Part shown: positions 45,240 through 62,770 of the stretch, in pieces | Layout: the number at the start of each line of letters is the position of its first letter | How positions within the stretch are numbered: the first letter of the stretch is position 1 | Assembly: GCF_009914755.1 (NCBI RefSeq) | Contig: NC_060941.1 | From: the human T2T-CHM13v2.0 reference genome, Homo sapiens | Reading direction: 5' to 3' (one strand) | Length of the DNA stretch: 64,000 nt | Notes under the pieces: generated by a model | Told to the model about the DNA's origin: nothing | Seen by the model: only the letters and a program-made list of their open reading frames with translations | Database searches by the model: none | Made by a program: the position numbers and the translations under genes

Positions 45240-46900
45240 TTCGACTTTGAAAACAGAGAGAGCATTTGATCATGTATGGAATTTGAGAGAAATAGGAAGA
45301 GTCAGGGTTAACTAGGTAATTTTTTAGCTTAAGCAACTGGAAGAATGGAGTGTATAGGAATTCAGTCTGGGAAATATCAAATTTAAGATATTTTATCAGA
45401 CATTCATGTGAAGAAGTTGAATAGATAGTTGGGCAAACAAATGTGGAGTTCAAGAAAGAGATCTGGCTGCAGCTCTAATTTAGTTAACCAAATAATTTCT
45501 CCAAGGGATTGAATGAGGCAGAGAAGAAAAGAGACCAAACATTAAGCCCCAGGAAACACTGGAATTAAAAGGTGAGGCAGAAGAAGTAGAACAGCGGAGA
45601 TGACTGAGATGACTGACTCAATATATTATCAGTGAGGTGAAAGGCAAGCTAAGAAAGTGTTTGGTGCCTTGGAAACCAGGTGAAAATGTATCAAAGAAGG
45701 AAGGAATGATCAGTTGAAAATATTGTTGATATGGCAAAAAAAAAAAAAGTGAGAACTTAATAATTGACATTGGATTTAGCAACATAGAGCTTATTGGCAA
45801 CTTTGGTAAGAGGAGTAGTTTGGGTAAAGTTTAACCTTGGGTGTTTTGGGTAAAGTTTAATTAGAATGAATTTAAAAGACAATGGGAGGAAACAAATTGG
45901 AGACATTAGGATTACATAACTTTGTTGCTGCCGTTGTTGTTACAAAAAGAGTTTTGCTGCAAAAAAGAACAAATAAATTGTATAATAATCAATGAGTGAG
46001 GTAAGGCCAAGAGAAGAGGACTTTTTGGTTTTGTTTATTTTTAAGAAATAGTGGCATGTTACTTGACTGATAGGAATAATATGGTACTGATATTTACCAT
46101 ATCAGTCAAGTGGCATGTTACTTGACTGATAGGAATAAAATGGGTGAGAAGAGTTCACTGTTGAATAAGCTTCCCCGTGTGAGCAAGGGGTCAGGAGCCT
46201 GGTGCCTTAGTACAGCTGTTGGCCTTAGGTGGGAGTGGAGTGTGGATGGTTTTTGTGTAGGACCACACAGAGAGACAGAACGTGTGGTGTGCAGACACCG
46301 GCAGGTGGGTAGATGTTGTGGTGGACATCTGTGGAGGTTCTCTGCTGATTGCTTTGAAGATCTCAGTGAAGTAAGAGGCCATATGTCTAACTAAAAATAA
46401 GAATGGGGAAGGAGGTATTGGAGGTTTGAGCAGAGAGGGTAGGGAGTTAAATTGTCACTCAGGAGATTGGAAGAGAATTGTCTAGGCAAGTATGTACAAT
46501 TGCAGACAGCATTAAGGTCCACTTGAGGGGGATAATAATGAACTTAAATTGAAGCCAGTGTGTTTGTACAAATTTTTCCACCTATATTCAACTTGAGTGC
46601 AGCAGCAGGAGAGGCAGAAAGTTGAGTTTAACCAACGTTCTGCTTTTGCTAAGTGAGAATTATAAAGTTAGGGAAGGACAAAGGAGTTGGGGGTATGTCC
46701 AAGGGAACAATTCATAATTATCGACCTTGGAATTTCAGCTGGGTGAGAAGGAAGTAGGACATCAAAATGTGAAAAACATTGAAAAATGCTTTTTAAATGG
46801 AAAGTCCTAGTGAAATTGAAAAATTTCAGGGTCAGGATACCAGGTGCTCTGAGTAGATAAGTCAGAATGAGACGTAAGAGATGACGGTAGAGAGGGCTTT
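45240..46900 (-). mobile_element. Long L2 fragment
   Basis: Purine-rich L2 body motifs (TTGGATTTAGCAACATAGAG; TTCTCTGCTGATTGCTT...TCTCAGTGAAGTAAGAGGC). Confidence 0.75.
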
Positions 46901-47183
46901 GAGTTATTGGTAAAAGGTCTAGGTTACAGGCAGCTGAGGTATGCATGGTCTATTATCATGATCTAATCACTTTATTATCTTGGGATTTTCTGTTATCATT
47001 ATCATTATTTCAGTCCTTTATTATGTGTTAGTAATTAAGTATTCAGTGATGTCAATTTTATTTCTTTCTACTAAATTTGTTGTATATTTGTGCAATTTGG
47101 GCCCTCAATTCATCCTCTCCAATTCATTTTTCTATTTTATTCTCTTTTTTAACCATATCCTTTTCAATGTCTTTTATCATTGA

Positions 47184-47554
<371 letters not shown>

Positions 47555-47649
47555 TAATTTGCATGGATTCTTTTTAAAATGAGACATAATCTACATACAG
47601 TGATGCATACAATTTCGATCTGTTTTGACAAATTACACCTGGGTAAGTT

Positions 47650-47742
47650 TCTCTCTCTCTCTTTTTTTTCTTTTCTTTTTTTTTTTTTTTTGAGATGGGG
47701 TTTCGCTCTGTCGCCTAGGCTGGAGTGCAGCGGCGTGATCTC
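47650..47742 (-). mobile_element. Severely 5'-truncated Alu (~50 bp plus tail)
   Basis: Poly-T then TGAGATGGGGTTTCGCTCTGTCGCCTAGGCTGGAGTGCAG. Flanking duplication ACCTGGGTAA. Confidence 0.85.
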
Positions 47743-48314
47743 AAACCTGGGTAACTCTCTCTTATCAAGACAGAGAATACTTAGTTTATCCTAGAAATCC
47801 CTTGCGCCCTTCCCCAGTCATTCAACCTCAGAAGCAACCACTATCACCATAGATTAGTTTTGTCCATTCTAGAATTTCATGTAAATGAAATAATATAGCA
47901 CATATTCTTTGGTTTCTGACTTTTCACCCAAAATAATGTTTTTGAGATTCATCCCAACTGTCATATGAAGCAGTAGTTTATTCCTTCTTACAATTGAGTA
48001 ATATTCCATTGTACAATGTATCTGTTCTTCAGTTGATGCTGATGAATATTTCAGTTTGGGATTATTAAGAATATGCTATGAATATCCTTGTATAAGTCTT
48101 TTTGGGAACACATGTTTTCATTGCTTTTGATAAATACCTAGAAGTAGAATTCTAGGTCATAGGATAAAGGTATGCTTTTAAGAAACTTCCAAACAATTTT
48201 CAACGTTTGCACAATTTTACTTTCCTACCAGTAATGTATGAGAGTCTCAGTTACTTTGAATCCTTTCCAGTATTTGATTTGATGTGATCAATCATTTTCT
48301 TTTTCTTTTTTTGC

Positions 48315-48688
<374 letters not shown>

Positions 48689-49257
48689 TAAAACCTTTTT
48701 GTGGTTTTAATATGCATTTCCCAAATCACTGATGCCGATGATGGAAACTTTCTTACGTATTTTTGTCTATTCTCCTGTCTTCTTTTGTGCAGTATCTCTT
48801 CAAATCTTTGCTTTTTTTTATTAGGTCATTTTTCTTTTATTATTGAGTTATAAAAGTTTTTATATATTGTGGATACGGGCCCTTCACAAGATATATGTGT
48901 TGTGAATATTTTCTTCCAGTCTGTGGTTTGCCCGTTAATTTTCTTAATGGTTTCTTTGATGAGTAAAAGTTTGAAACTTTGATGAACTTCCATCTATCAC
49001 TTTGTTAATGTTTTTTGTGTCCTCTCTAAGGAATCTTTGTATCTCTAAGGTGAGAAGATTTTTTTTTGCCTTATGGTTTCTTCTAGAAGTTTTATAGTTC
49101 CGGGTTTTACATGTAGCCTGTGATCTACCTCAAATTAATTTGTGACTTGTTGTGAGATAGGGATTGAGCTTCTTTTTACCATATTAGAATCCAGTTGTTC
49201 CAATATCATTTGTTGAAGAGACTTTCCTTTCCGTTGAATTGCTCTTACATTTTTTCA

Positions 49258-49729
<472 letters not shown>

Positions 49730-50017
49730 TTATTTTCACAGTTGTTTCGCATCCCTTTGGCATGCCCATATAAATTTCAAAATTGTCTTGTCGATTTCTA
49801 CAAAAAAGAATTCTGCTTGGTTCAATCAGTTAGGTTTGGGGCAATTGTTATGTTAATAATATTGAGTTTGCAATCCATGAACACAGCATATTGTTTTTGT
49901 TGTTTAGGTTAAATGTAATGTCTCAGCAATAACTTGGTTTTTTTAGACAGCAATCTAACATATCTTTGTTCATTTTATCTCTAGGTACTTTATATTTGGG
50001 GATGTTTTGTAATTGGT

Positions 50018-50948
<931 letters not shown>

Positions 50949-50959
50949 ATGGTATTTTA

Positions 50960-53045
50960 GTAAATTTTTAAAATTCTGAATAGTTTTAGATTTATAGAAA
51001 AGTCGCAAAGGTAATACAGAGTTCTCCCATACCCCTCATCCAATTTCCCTTATTGCTAATGTCCTACATTATCATGGCATATTTGCAACAATCAAGAAAG
51101 CAACACTGGTACATTACCGAAAACTACATTCCACACTTTATTCAGATTTCACTATTTTTTTCCAGTAATGTCTTTTTTCTGCTCCAGGATACCACATGAC
51201 ATTTTGTCATTGTGTCTCCCCTCTCTCCTCTTGTCTCTGACAATTTCTCAGTCTTTCCGTTTTTTTTTAAATGACATTGACAGTTTTGATGAGTCCTGGT
51301 CAGGTATGTTGTAAAATTTTCCTCAATTTTCTCACCATTAGACTGGGATTATGGGCTTTGGGGAAGGCTGCCATAGAGAGGAAGTGCCTTTCCTATCATA
51401 TCATATCAAAAGTTCATGCTACCAACTGATGACGTTAACATTGAGCCTCTGGCCAAGGCAGCGTTTGTCGCGTCTCTCCACTGCGGAGTTACCGTTCTTC
51501 ATCCCTCTTCATATGCTACTCTTTGGAAGCCTGTCACCTCCTGGAGAGAGCAATATTTACATCAATTATTTGTTGGCCAGGTGCGGTGGCTCACACCTGT
51601 AATCCCAACACTTTGGGAGGCTGAGGAGGGTGGATCACCTGAGTTCGGGAGTTCGAGACCAGCCTGACCAAAATGGAGAAACCCTGTCTCTACTAAAAAT
51701 ACAAAATTAGCTGGGCGTGGTGGCACATGCCTGTAATCTCAGCTACTCAGGAGGCTGAGGCAGGAGAATTGCTTGAACTCAGGAGGCGGAGGTTGCGGTG
51801 AGCCGAGATTGTGCAATTGCACTCTAGCCTGGGCAACAAGAGCAAAACTCTGTCACAAAAAAAAAAAAAAAATTATATGTTATTCTTCTGTAAGGGAAGA
51901 CTTGTCTTTATTTTTATTTTTATAATAAAATGCTACATTATTTATTTTGTTGCTCAGCTTGTTCCAGCTTCAGCCATTGGGAGCTCTTTCAGGTTGGCTT
52001 GTAAGTCCCTTTGACATGCATGCCCCCCATCAGTTTGATTTTTGAGCATTTTCTTACTTTCTCACCCTACAGGATACTCCAGGCTCATTTTTGTATGCTT
52101 GTTGCACCAGTCCTGGAACCAGCCATTTCCCCAAGGAGCCCTGATTTCTTGATTGGAGAATAGTAACTGAGATCAGGGTACTTGGCAGGCTTATTGTTAC
52201 ACAGGTGTTACTGCTTCTAGGCTTCTAGACCTAAGAACTGCCTGAGTATACACATGTACCATAAGGAGTTCTATATGTATGTATTACATATATATAAACC
52301 TAAACCTGACTTCATGCTGATGTCTCTCATCTAGGACAAACTGTTTCATCCTAGCTTCCTACCTTTGCTTTTCTATAACTTTCCTCTTGAACAGCAAGAA
52401 AACTGGCTACTGTCCTCCACCATCCATTTACTTATTTACTTGTCAAACCTGCTATGCATGGAACACAGTTCTGGAATTGTTAGCCAGTAATCCCAGGAGA
52501 AACAACATTACCAACTAGAATACATTGTATAGGTACAGCTGCTTTTGTGTTTAGCCTTCAAGTTTTCAGTCAAAATGCTGTTTTCCAAAGTTACTTAGTT
52601 CAATCCTTCCCTCCCTCACCCATATCCTGCAGTGAGGTTGTGTCGTACATTGTAACACAGTTAGATTCTTCTGTCACATTCTACATTCTTTTCTGGGGTC
52701 CCCTAACATCCTGTGGCTTTATTATTTATTTTTTTACTTTGCATACATTGAAATTCACATTTTGTGCTATAAAGTTTTATGGATCTCGACAAGTGCACAG
52801 TCATTAATCCTCTCCTACTTTGCCACACATAATGGTTCTATCACCCTAAAAATTCCCTTCTGCAGCCTCTTTGTAATCAACTACTCCTCCTTCCCCAAGC
52901 CCTGACAATTACTGATATAGGGTTTTCCATTCCTTGACAATTACTGATACAGGATTTTCCATTCTATAGCTTTGCCTTTTCCAGAACATCATATGAATGA
53001 AATAATACAATATGTAGCTTTTTAAATCTGGCTTGTTTCCCTTTT
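50960..53045 (-). mobile_element. L1MC/MD-like 3' UTR region, interrupted by an Alu
   Basis: AGTTTTAGATTTATAGAAAAGT...TACAGAGTTCTCCCATACCCCT; TTGTTGCTCAGCTTGTTCCAGCTT. Confidence 0.78.
51575..51870 (+). mobile_element. Alu (AluSp-like)
   Basis: CTGACCAAAATGGAGAAACC diagnostic. TSD AATTAT(T/A)TGTT. Confidence 0.95.
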
Positions 53046-53849
53046 GCACACACCAGAGAAGTAGACATATTTTTGAATACATCATATTTTTATGGATGAG
53101 TAGCCCTGCAGGAGGATTAAATAAATTAATAGACTTTGTTTAAAAAAAAAGTGTTAAATGCAAATAAAGTCCAGTCACTGGCTGCAGTGCTCTGGCTGGC
53201 AGCTACGCAGAGCAGAGTAAAACACCTGGGACTATTGGGTAAATATGTGAATTGTGGAAAAGAATCACTACCACTTAAGTAGCTCTGTTATCTTCGCTAA
53301 TTTTCTCCCACTCACTAAACAATTGTGGAAGAGTTTGTTAGGGGAGAATGAGCTTTCTTTGGGCATCAGTGCGGTCCGTTTTGCAATAGCATTCAATTGG
53401 TTTCTCACTTGCTTCTTTCTCGCTTCTGGGAAAATGTGGCCATAGAGCTTATTTTCCTTTTGCATCTGTCTCAGTTATTTTTCATGGATGTTGCCCGCCA
53501 TCCTACTCCATGAGTGTCTCCAGCTAACACCCGCCCCCGTGCACCAGTCATGCCCTCTTGCCTCTCAGCTCCATACCCATCCTTCTGCAGCCTACGCCCT
53601 CATCTGCTGACTTCTTACGTTCTGCCAATAGGTGGTGCTAGAGAGAGAATGGACTCCTACTTTTCGAATTTAGTGTTGCTCAGAGAGAGGCAGCTGCCTG
53701 GAACTGGGCTTTTCTGGAGCTTCCAGAACCTTCTATGTCCTGTAGAGCCGCCATCAGCAGTGGCTATGCCCCTTCCTCAGAGATCTGAGCACCATTGCCT
53801 CAACAACTTGCATCTTTTTTCTTTTGTTGCGTCAGCTCAGGGGTAGTAG

Positions 53850-55026
<1,177 letters not shown>

Positions 55027-56265
55027 GTTTTTTTACACACGTAAAACCAGCAAATAAACAAAAGAAAATTGAAAACAATAGTAACGAGGAGAGTATTTAC
55101 ATTTTCAGCTACTCCATTCCCCAGTGTGCTTGGGGTCTAGAGCTCTAGGTTATCACCATTTTACACATGAGGCTTAAACAACAGATTCAAAGAAATTAGT
55201 GACTTGGCTCATTTATCCAGCTAGTAAGTAGCAGCTCAGCCGGCCTCACTATCCATGATTGTACGCACCATTTTCCTAAAGCCTAACCGTCCTCCTACTT
55301 CCCAGGTCCCTGACGGTAGGCAGTATCCTTGAAAGAATGCGGCTGTCCCTGTCAACCTGGATGGAGAGTTCAGCCCCTGGCTTGGGAAGTTAGGCCTCTG
55401 ACCATGAGTTTTACTCTCCCTCCTTTAACTTTTCCCTCCCGTGAAGAAGAAAGTTATTTTCAAACCTCCATCTGTTTTGTGTTTAACGTGCAGAAAGGTT
55501 GCACATTTTCAGTCAGGGACCTTGTTCATAAGCAGTAGATCGTACAACAGTTTATTACACAAGTGGAGATTTTTATGGCTGGCCTTTGTTGAGTTGCCAA
55601 CTGGGAGAAAGAACATAACGTGCTTAGTGGTCCCTATCAGGAAAAATGAGAAAGCATTAAATACCAGTCAAATCGTCAAGCATTGGAAAGCTGGTAATCA
55701 AATCCAGAAATCCCTGGAGTATGGTTGATGAGGAGGGTTTTCTCATCACATTTTTTACATCCATAATTGTTTTCCAAGTCACTTGTGTCACAGGCAGTAT
55801 CCCAAAGCATTATGTGAGAAGTGCCTCAATGGTGGAATAAACGTTTGACCTAGAAAGACTCACGTCCACTTTGAAATCTGGCCCTGGTCAATGCAGGGCA
55901 TGAAACTGGCACCCCAGGAAGAGCTTTATATATTTTTAATTACATTATCATGTTGAGGACATCAGCTACATAGAAACTTGCTCAAGACTTACTAGGCTTC
56001 TTTCCATACCCAGGCCATATTCTCTGTATTCCTAGGAGGGAATGTAATTTACTGGTGGTTTGTCCCCAGCCATGAGACAGAGGGTAGAAAACTCCACAAA
56101 GCATCCTAGTAAACATTGCATCTGAACAATTCCAACTGTAACCAGCCAATGCCAATGGTAATGGATCACTCTTGCCCCTTCCTTTTTAATTTTCCCAAAA
56201 GCTCAGACCATCACAGAGGCTGCCCAATAAAAGTCGGTAGAGACCTCAGAAACATTCCAGTCTTC

Positions 56266-56409
56266 CAGCAGTTCTCAGCCCAGGCTGCACGTCAGAGTCC
56301 CTGGGGGAGCCTCATCCCAGCCTAATTAAATAAAATCTCTTGGAGTGGGCGAGGACATTGGTACATTCTCCAGGTGACCCTAATATGCTGCCTGGATTAG
56401 AAATCACGG
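56266..56409. mobile_element. MER5B-like MITE
   Basis: CAGCAGTTCTCAGCCCAGGCTGCAC...CTCCAGGTGACCCTAATATGC...AGAAATCAC. Confidence 0.72.
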
Positions 56410-58559
56410 GTCTAGTCTAGCTACCTAATTTTACTGGTGGAGGAAATTGAGCCTGGAGAAGTTACTGTCCACAATACTTGATTCACAGTGCCTTGGTTCT
56501 TTCCCAGGGAGGCGTTTTCTCACAATCACGCTGTAACTCCATAACTTCATGTCTCACATCTCCTAACTCTGTGTTTATAAAAGCGACGCATTCAAACCTA
56601 ACCCAGTCCGCTTTTTGCTTGTGCACAAATACCGTGCAGTAGCTTGTATGAGCAGTACCAGCAGCTCTGTGTTCCCCAAGGTATATGAAGAATAATGTCA
56701 GGACTGTGGAGAAAATGCAGGTAAAGAACCCACTTTTTTCTCCAGATGGTCCATGGAGAAGGGATTTAAGAAGTGGTCCTTAAACATGAAGGAGATTCAA
56801 CTTCATTTTTCTTATTAGTCCCTTATTAAATCCTTCTCTGTTTGTGTTTGAAAAAACAGCTGTGTGTTGTGTGTTTGAAAAAACAGTCCTACTTTATTCC
56901 TGATGTCAATGTTAATGGTCTCCCCATCAAGTCCCAAAATGTTCTAAGATGGTTATTAAATTTTATGATCACCCTACTCTAGATGAGTCCCACCAAAAGT
57001 GTCACACTTGCTGTTATTGAAAGATCCTTCCTTTTTCAGGCTGAGAATCTCAAGCCTTTTTCCAACCCACAGGCCACGTTCTAATTGCTTTCTTCCTGGG
57101 AGTCTGATAAACAGTGTTCTCGATCTGATAGACAGCTAATACCCCGGGGGGACATTGCTCGGTAGCCTTGGACTTCTCAGCTTAATCGCCCTAGCTTTAA
57201 TGCCACTTAAATCAGAATGTAAGCACTGAAAGAATTTCAGGAATCCAATGATATAAATTGTATTTTTAGAGCCGTGAATGACTTGAGCGAGTGAAACAGT
57301 GCAGTGGCTTAAGATAGTTCTCTTTAGTTTTCCCATGATTTATCACAAGCAAGTTCACAGCAGGTTAAAATAATTGAATGCGGTGATAGCATACATACTG
57401 GCATGATTTTATGAGCCGTCATTCATAACATATTTGTCCCAAAGCATAATTTCCATGATAGAACTCTGATTCACATGTAATTTTTTTGCAGCGACGACAC
57501 AGTTGAAATAACTCCTTCGTGGAGGCTGGCTACATTTTCACAACGTCTGGTCCCAAGCTAGATCTTCGGGAAAAGGGATCAAGGAAATGACTATTCCTCC
57601 AAATAAAATGTAAGTATATCCTGATAAAATGTTCACTTTTTTGGAGAATAAAGAGAAATGTTCTTTCCGGGAGAATTGTGACTCGGAGGTTATGCCTTGC
57701 GATCTCTACCTATTTCTCACTACTTCTTTTATTTTTCTTTTTCCTTCATTGTTTATTTTCCACTTTTCTCCTAATGTACTTTTTCTTCTACTTATTAGCT
57801 GTGTCCCCTGGGCAAGTAATTTTTCCACTCTGTAATCAAATGCTATAATATGGGGATGATAAAAAATAACTCCACAGGTCATTGTGCAGAATAGAGATAA
57901 TGAATGTGTGGGTACATATGTGCCCCAAAACTCAGCTGTGTAAGAAAAGCAACTTTCTTTTTATATTTTTATAACTCGACTTAGTTTCTATTTTGAATCC
58001 CTATTTGGCTTCATCGTGGAGATGTAATCTCAGTCAAAGCAAGATGCTCTCATCAAAACCTACATGACATCTACATGGATGTCAGATCCATGTAGCTTTC
58101 CACCTTCAGCCCTGCCTGGATGTTCCACCATTGCCCTGCCGGTTAGCCAGGCTGCAGGCAGGTGCTACACGCTAGGACTCCTTCCTGGGAACTCAACCAT
58201 CACGTCAGGTTTCTTGGCTTCCCTGGATCTCCTTCTCAAATTTGAAAAGTCTTGTCTGGTCTGGAGAAAAAGTTTCCCAGCTTTTCATTTAATCTTCCAA
58301 ATCTTTAGTTTATGACCAGAACCTGCCATTTGAGACTCAAAAGCTAAAAATATGACTCCTCTGTTATCTTTGTTTCACTGGTTTTCCCTTCCCTGAAGCT
58401 TTACAGAAGGCCTAGCTGCCTAATGGGGAGAAACACGGGAAATACCAAGGAAAACATATGGGCAAATATCTCCCAAGAATTTCCCACCACTTGTATGAAG
58501 CACCAAGAGGAAGGCCTGACATACAGTAGGAAGCCAGCAAAGGTGACTGCACCTTTATA

Positions 58560-58720
58560 TGAAGGTTCCAAGTCTGGTTCCATGTTTCTGGGCTCTGTGT
58601 CCTTGGACAAGTTGTCTTTCTGTGCCTCAGTTTCCCCACCTGCAACATGGAGATGATAATAGTACTTACCTCACAAGGTAATATGTGTATAAAGTGTTCA
58701 ATGAATTAGTTACACTATTA
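58560..58720 (+). mobile_element. MIR fragment
   Basis: MIR core TGTGTCCTTGGACAAGTT...CTGTGCCTCAGTTTCCCCACCTG...GATAATAGTACTTACCTCA. Confidence 0.8.
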
Positions 58721-59619
58721 TTGTTTTTTTTACCACTAGTACAAACTTCTGTCCTTGAAAGCCATTAGCTTAATACTATCGGCAACCATAATAGTGTTGA
58801 TGCAGTTGACACATAGAGTGCATCCCACAGAGGAGAAGGTAAACATATCACAGGGAAAGAGGGAGCTACTGGTCCCAAGTATGAAACTGGGATGAGTTTC
58901 CTGGAAATGCATCCTTCTGGGTAAAATCTGGGTATAATGATGCTGAGTGGTGAGTTAAGAAGCAATCAGCCAACTTCAGTCAAGGCAGTTCTCAGGTGCT
59001 AGCAAGGAGAGGCAGATTCTTGAGGATCTAGAGTCTGAATCAGAAGATGGATCCAAGCTTGTAACCCAGGGGACAAAATGGAGTCAGAAGAAAGGGATGA
59101 GGAGCAAAGTTAGAGAAAGGCAGGCTAAGCCAATGTGAGAAATAGATCTGGTTGACGATGGCCAGCAGTTGTTGGAGAACAGAATACGCGTGGGGCCTCT
59201 CCTGAGATGTGAGGCCACTGAGGGGTTTTGCTGAGGGAGATACCACTTCTGTGAGCAAGGACAATGAGAGGAAACTGCGGGAGAGAGAATGGTCCACCAG
59301 TCCCAAGCTAAATAAACCTTTTTCTCTGGCCCATCCAGCTGATGAGCATGAGAATGAGAATGTGGGACCTCCACCCCTGCACCTGCCTACCCTCCAGTCC
59401 CAGAGCCAGTTTGGTCTATGTCTTTCTCAACCCACATTCTGCCAGGACAATTGAGCCCGAATGGGACAGTGGAAAGGGCATCGCATGGGAAGTCAGGAGA
59501 CCTGAACTCCAGACCCAATCAATGACCAACTAGCCTGAGACTTTAGACATATTCCTTCACCTCTCTGAACCTTAGGGCCCTCAATGAGGAGGTAGGACCA
59601 CATAAGAACAGAGCTAAAT

Positions 59620-59860
59620 GGGCATAGTTAGCGGTATGGGAGCCAGAGGGCCAGTGATATGAATTCTGTCTTTGCCATTTACCAGATGTAGGTCAACTAA
59701 TTTAATCTCTCTAAACTCCAGTGTCTTCATGTATAAAGATGGGGCTAATAGCACACCCCTCACCTGATTAATTGGAAGATGAAATTCAAGAGTGTCTGGG
59801 ACATGTTTAGTAGTGTTGTGAAACACTATGCATACTCAATTGATTGTTGCCAATATCACT
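59620..59860 (+). mobile_element. MIR
   Basis: GGGCATAGTTAGC...GAGCCAGA...CTCCAGTGTCTTCATGTATAAAGATGGGGCTAATAG. Confidence 0.72.
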
Positions 59861-60071
59861 ATCACGATTATCAGTGGAACCCAAGATCTCTATTAGGTCA
59901 GGGGCAACTAAGATAGTTGAGTGGGAGAATTCAAGACTGCAGACCCTGCTTCATTAGGAAGAGCAGAAGCGTTTTTCTCTGTTTTATTTATCTCTCTCTC
60001 TCTCTTTTTTAACAAAATTAAGTATTTCTCACTGAATAATAATAATAATGTTATAAATCACTGGACTAGGC

Positions 60072-60551
60072 CAAGGGTTGGCAAACTTTTTTTTTTTTGT
60101 AAAGGACCAACTAGCAAATATTTTCAGGTTTGCAGGCCACATGTGGTTGTCCACTGCATATTCTTCCGGTTTTATTAGAATTAGGGTTGAGTTAGGCTTA
60201 GATAGAGAATAACAGCATCTATTAGGGTAGAATAGTATTATGGTAACTATTATAACACAAAACCCTTACCTGTGTGTAACAGAAATCTCAGTGCCTAAAC
60301 AATCAAAACGTATTTCTCACATCACAGTAAAGTGTGAGTAGGGGGTTAGGTTGTCTATGCCACATAATCTTTTGGGGATCTAAAAATCCTTCCTTCTAGT
60401 GGCTCTGGAAACCTCTGGATAGAAGGAAAAAAGAGATGGGCCCACATTCAAGAACATTTCAAAAATGTAAAAGCTATTCTTAGCTCAGGGTCTGTACAAT
60501 CATGCCCCGTCAGCCGCTTTTGGCCTACGGGCCCTAGTTTGCCCACTCCCG
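60072..60551 (+). mobile_element. MER58-family MITE split by an internal insertion (~60180-60445, old MLT1-like)
   Basis: 5' CAAGGGTTGGCAAACTTTTT...GTAAAGGACCA and 3' GGCCTACGGGCCCTAGTTTGCC. Confidence 0.7.
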
Positions 60552-60780
60552 GATCAGACCATCTCTCAGGTCCTTTCCAAAGATGAACCAAACTTCACTG
60601 TGAGCAATCTCTTTCTTTCTCCATCAAAGTAACCTGGCAGTGAACTCTATAACATCTCCCACTATCTTTCATGTGATAATATTTTTCATATTTACAACAG
60701 TTGTCATATTAAGTGTTTTTGTTACATTTTATGTGTAATGTTACACAGAGTTCCTTTGTGAACAGTTTTCGTAAAGGTGG

Positions 60781-61496
<716 letters not shown>

Positions 61497-62589
61497 GGTG
61501 GTGAAAAGCATGGGGTTGCCTATTCATAACTAAGAACTGTTAAATATTAGAAATGGAAAGGACTGTTGGTTCCCCTGTGCTGCTGCAGGGATGAGTAAGA
61601 TTGATGGCGTGTCCAAACAGCTTAAGTTTTACCCTTCACTGTAAATGGCAGAGAGAACAGTACTACTGCTGCTGCTACCTTGAAGAATGTAAAATTTGCC
61701 TTTTAAAAGTGTTTTTGTTTTATGGACATGGAACAATGAACTAGAAAATATGGCACATTCTGTACCCTTCTTCTGCTTTTAACTTATAAATGCTGTATTC
61801 AAAATACTGGAACCGTGTGGCTTGCGGTTACTAACAAAATTAAAAATAAAAGCAAAAAGCCCCTTCGCATCCATGTCACCCACTGAGGGAAATGCAGCTT
61901 GGTGCCCTGGAGAAGAAATGGACTTTCTGGTGAATTCTCACCCCTTTCTGCAGGGGTCAGGATTTGAAAATTACTACCAGCTGGTTGTAATTCCATCCTA
62001 TTTTGAAACAGATGACTTAGACTGCTAAACCATCATGGGGCTAAGATTTATTTTCCCCTACTTGGACTAAGTCACAAAGACCCAATTTGCACAGTAGAGA
62101 AAAGGAAGAAAATATTTTTTTTTGGTGAGCTCACCTCACCTCTGCCAGTGGAAAACCTACCAATATCTCAGAATTTGCACGAGTGAATTGGGCCATGCCA
62201 CGCCATCTCTGATATTCCAGAGCAGGAATTGTTTATCTTTTCCAAATTTTCACAGCACTTTCTGTCTCTGCACCTCTTCAGTGGCACTTATTGTGAGACT
62301 TATGTCCCTTCCTAAAGTGCAAACTCTCTGAAATCTTAGTAATTACTCAAGGTGGAGAGGAAGGACCCTGTGGACAGGGAGTGACTTGAAATGCTGGAAA
62401 GGAAAGAAGAAGCACAGGAGCGAATCCTTCAGGAACCAAGAAGGATGGAACAAGGTTCCAAACTGGAATAGTCTTCCCTGCATAGGAACACCAAGCAATT
62501 GGGAATTTCCTGTAAGCTTCACTGGAAGCCAGCTAAGCCTGTAAGGGCTTCTGTTGGAATTCAGCGTCAGGCATAGAACTCTAGTGAAT

Positions 62590-62770
62590 GTGCCTGAAGA
62601 AAATCCTATCCAAAGTTTTTGGCATAAGCAAGTCACTTAACTTCTCTATGCCTCAGGGTTCTCATCTATGTGATAGGATTAATCATAGAATCTACCTCAT
62701 AAAATTGTTGTGGGAATCAACTATCATAATCAATGAAAAGTACTGAGCACCTAGCCAGCCTGGCATACTG
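62590..62770 (+). mobile_element. MIR fragment
   Basis: GCAAGTCACTTAACTTCTCTATGCCTCAG...TACCTCATAAAATTGTTGTGGGAAT. Confidence 0.8.
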
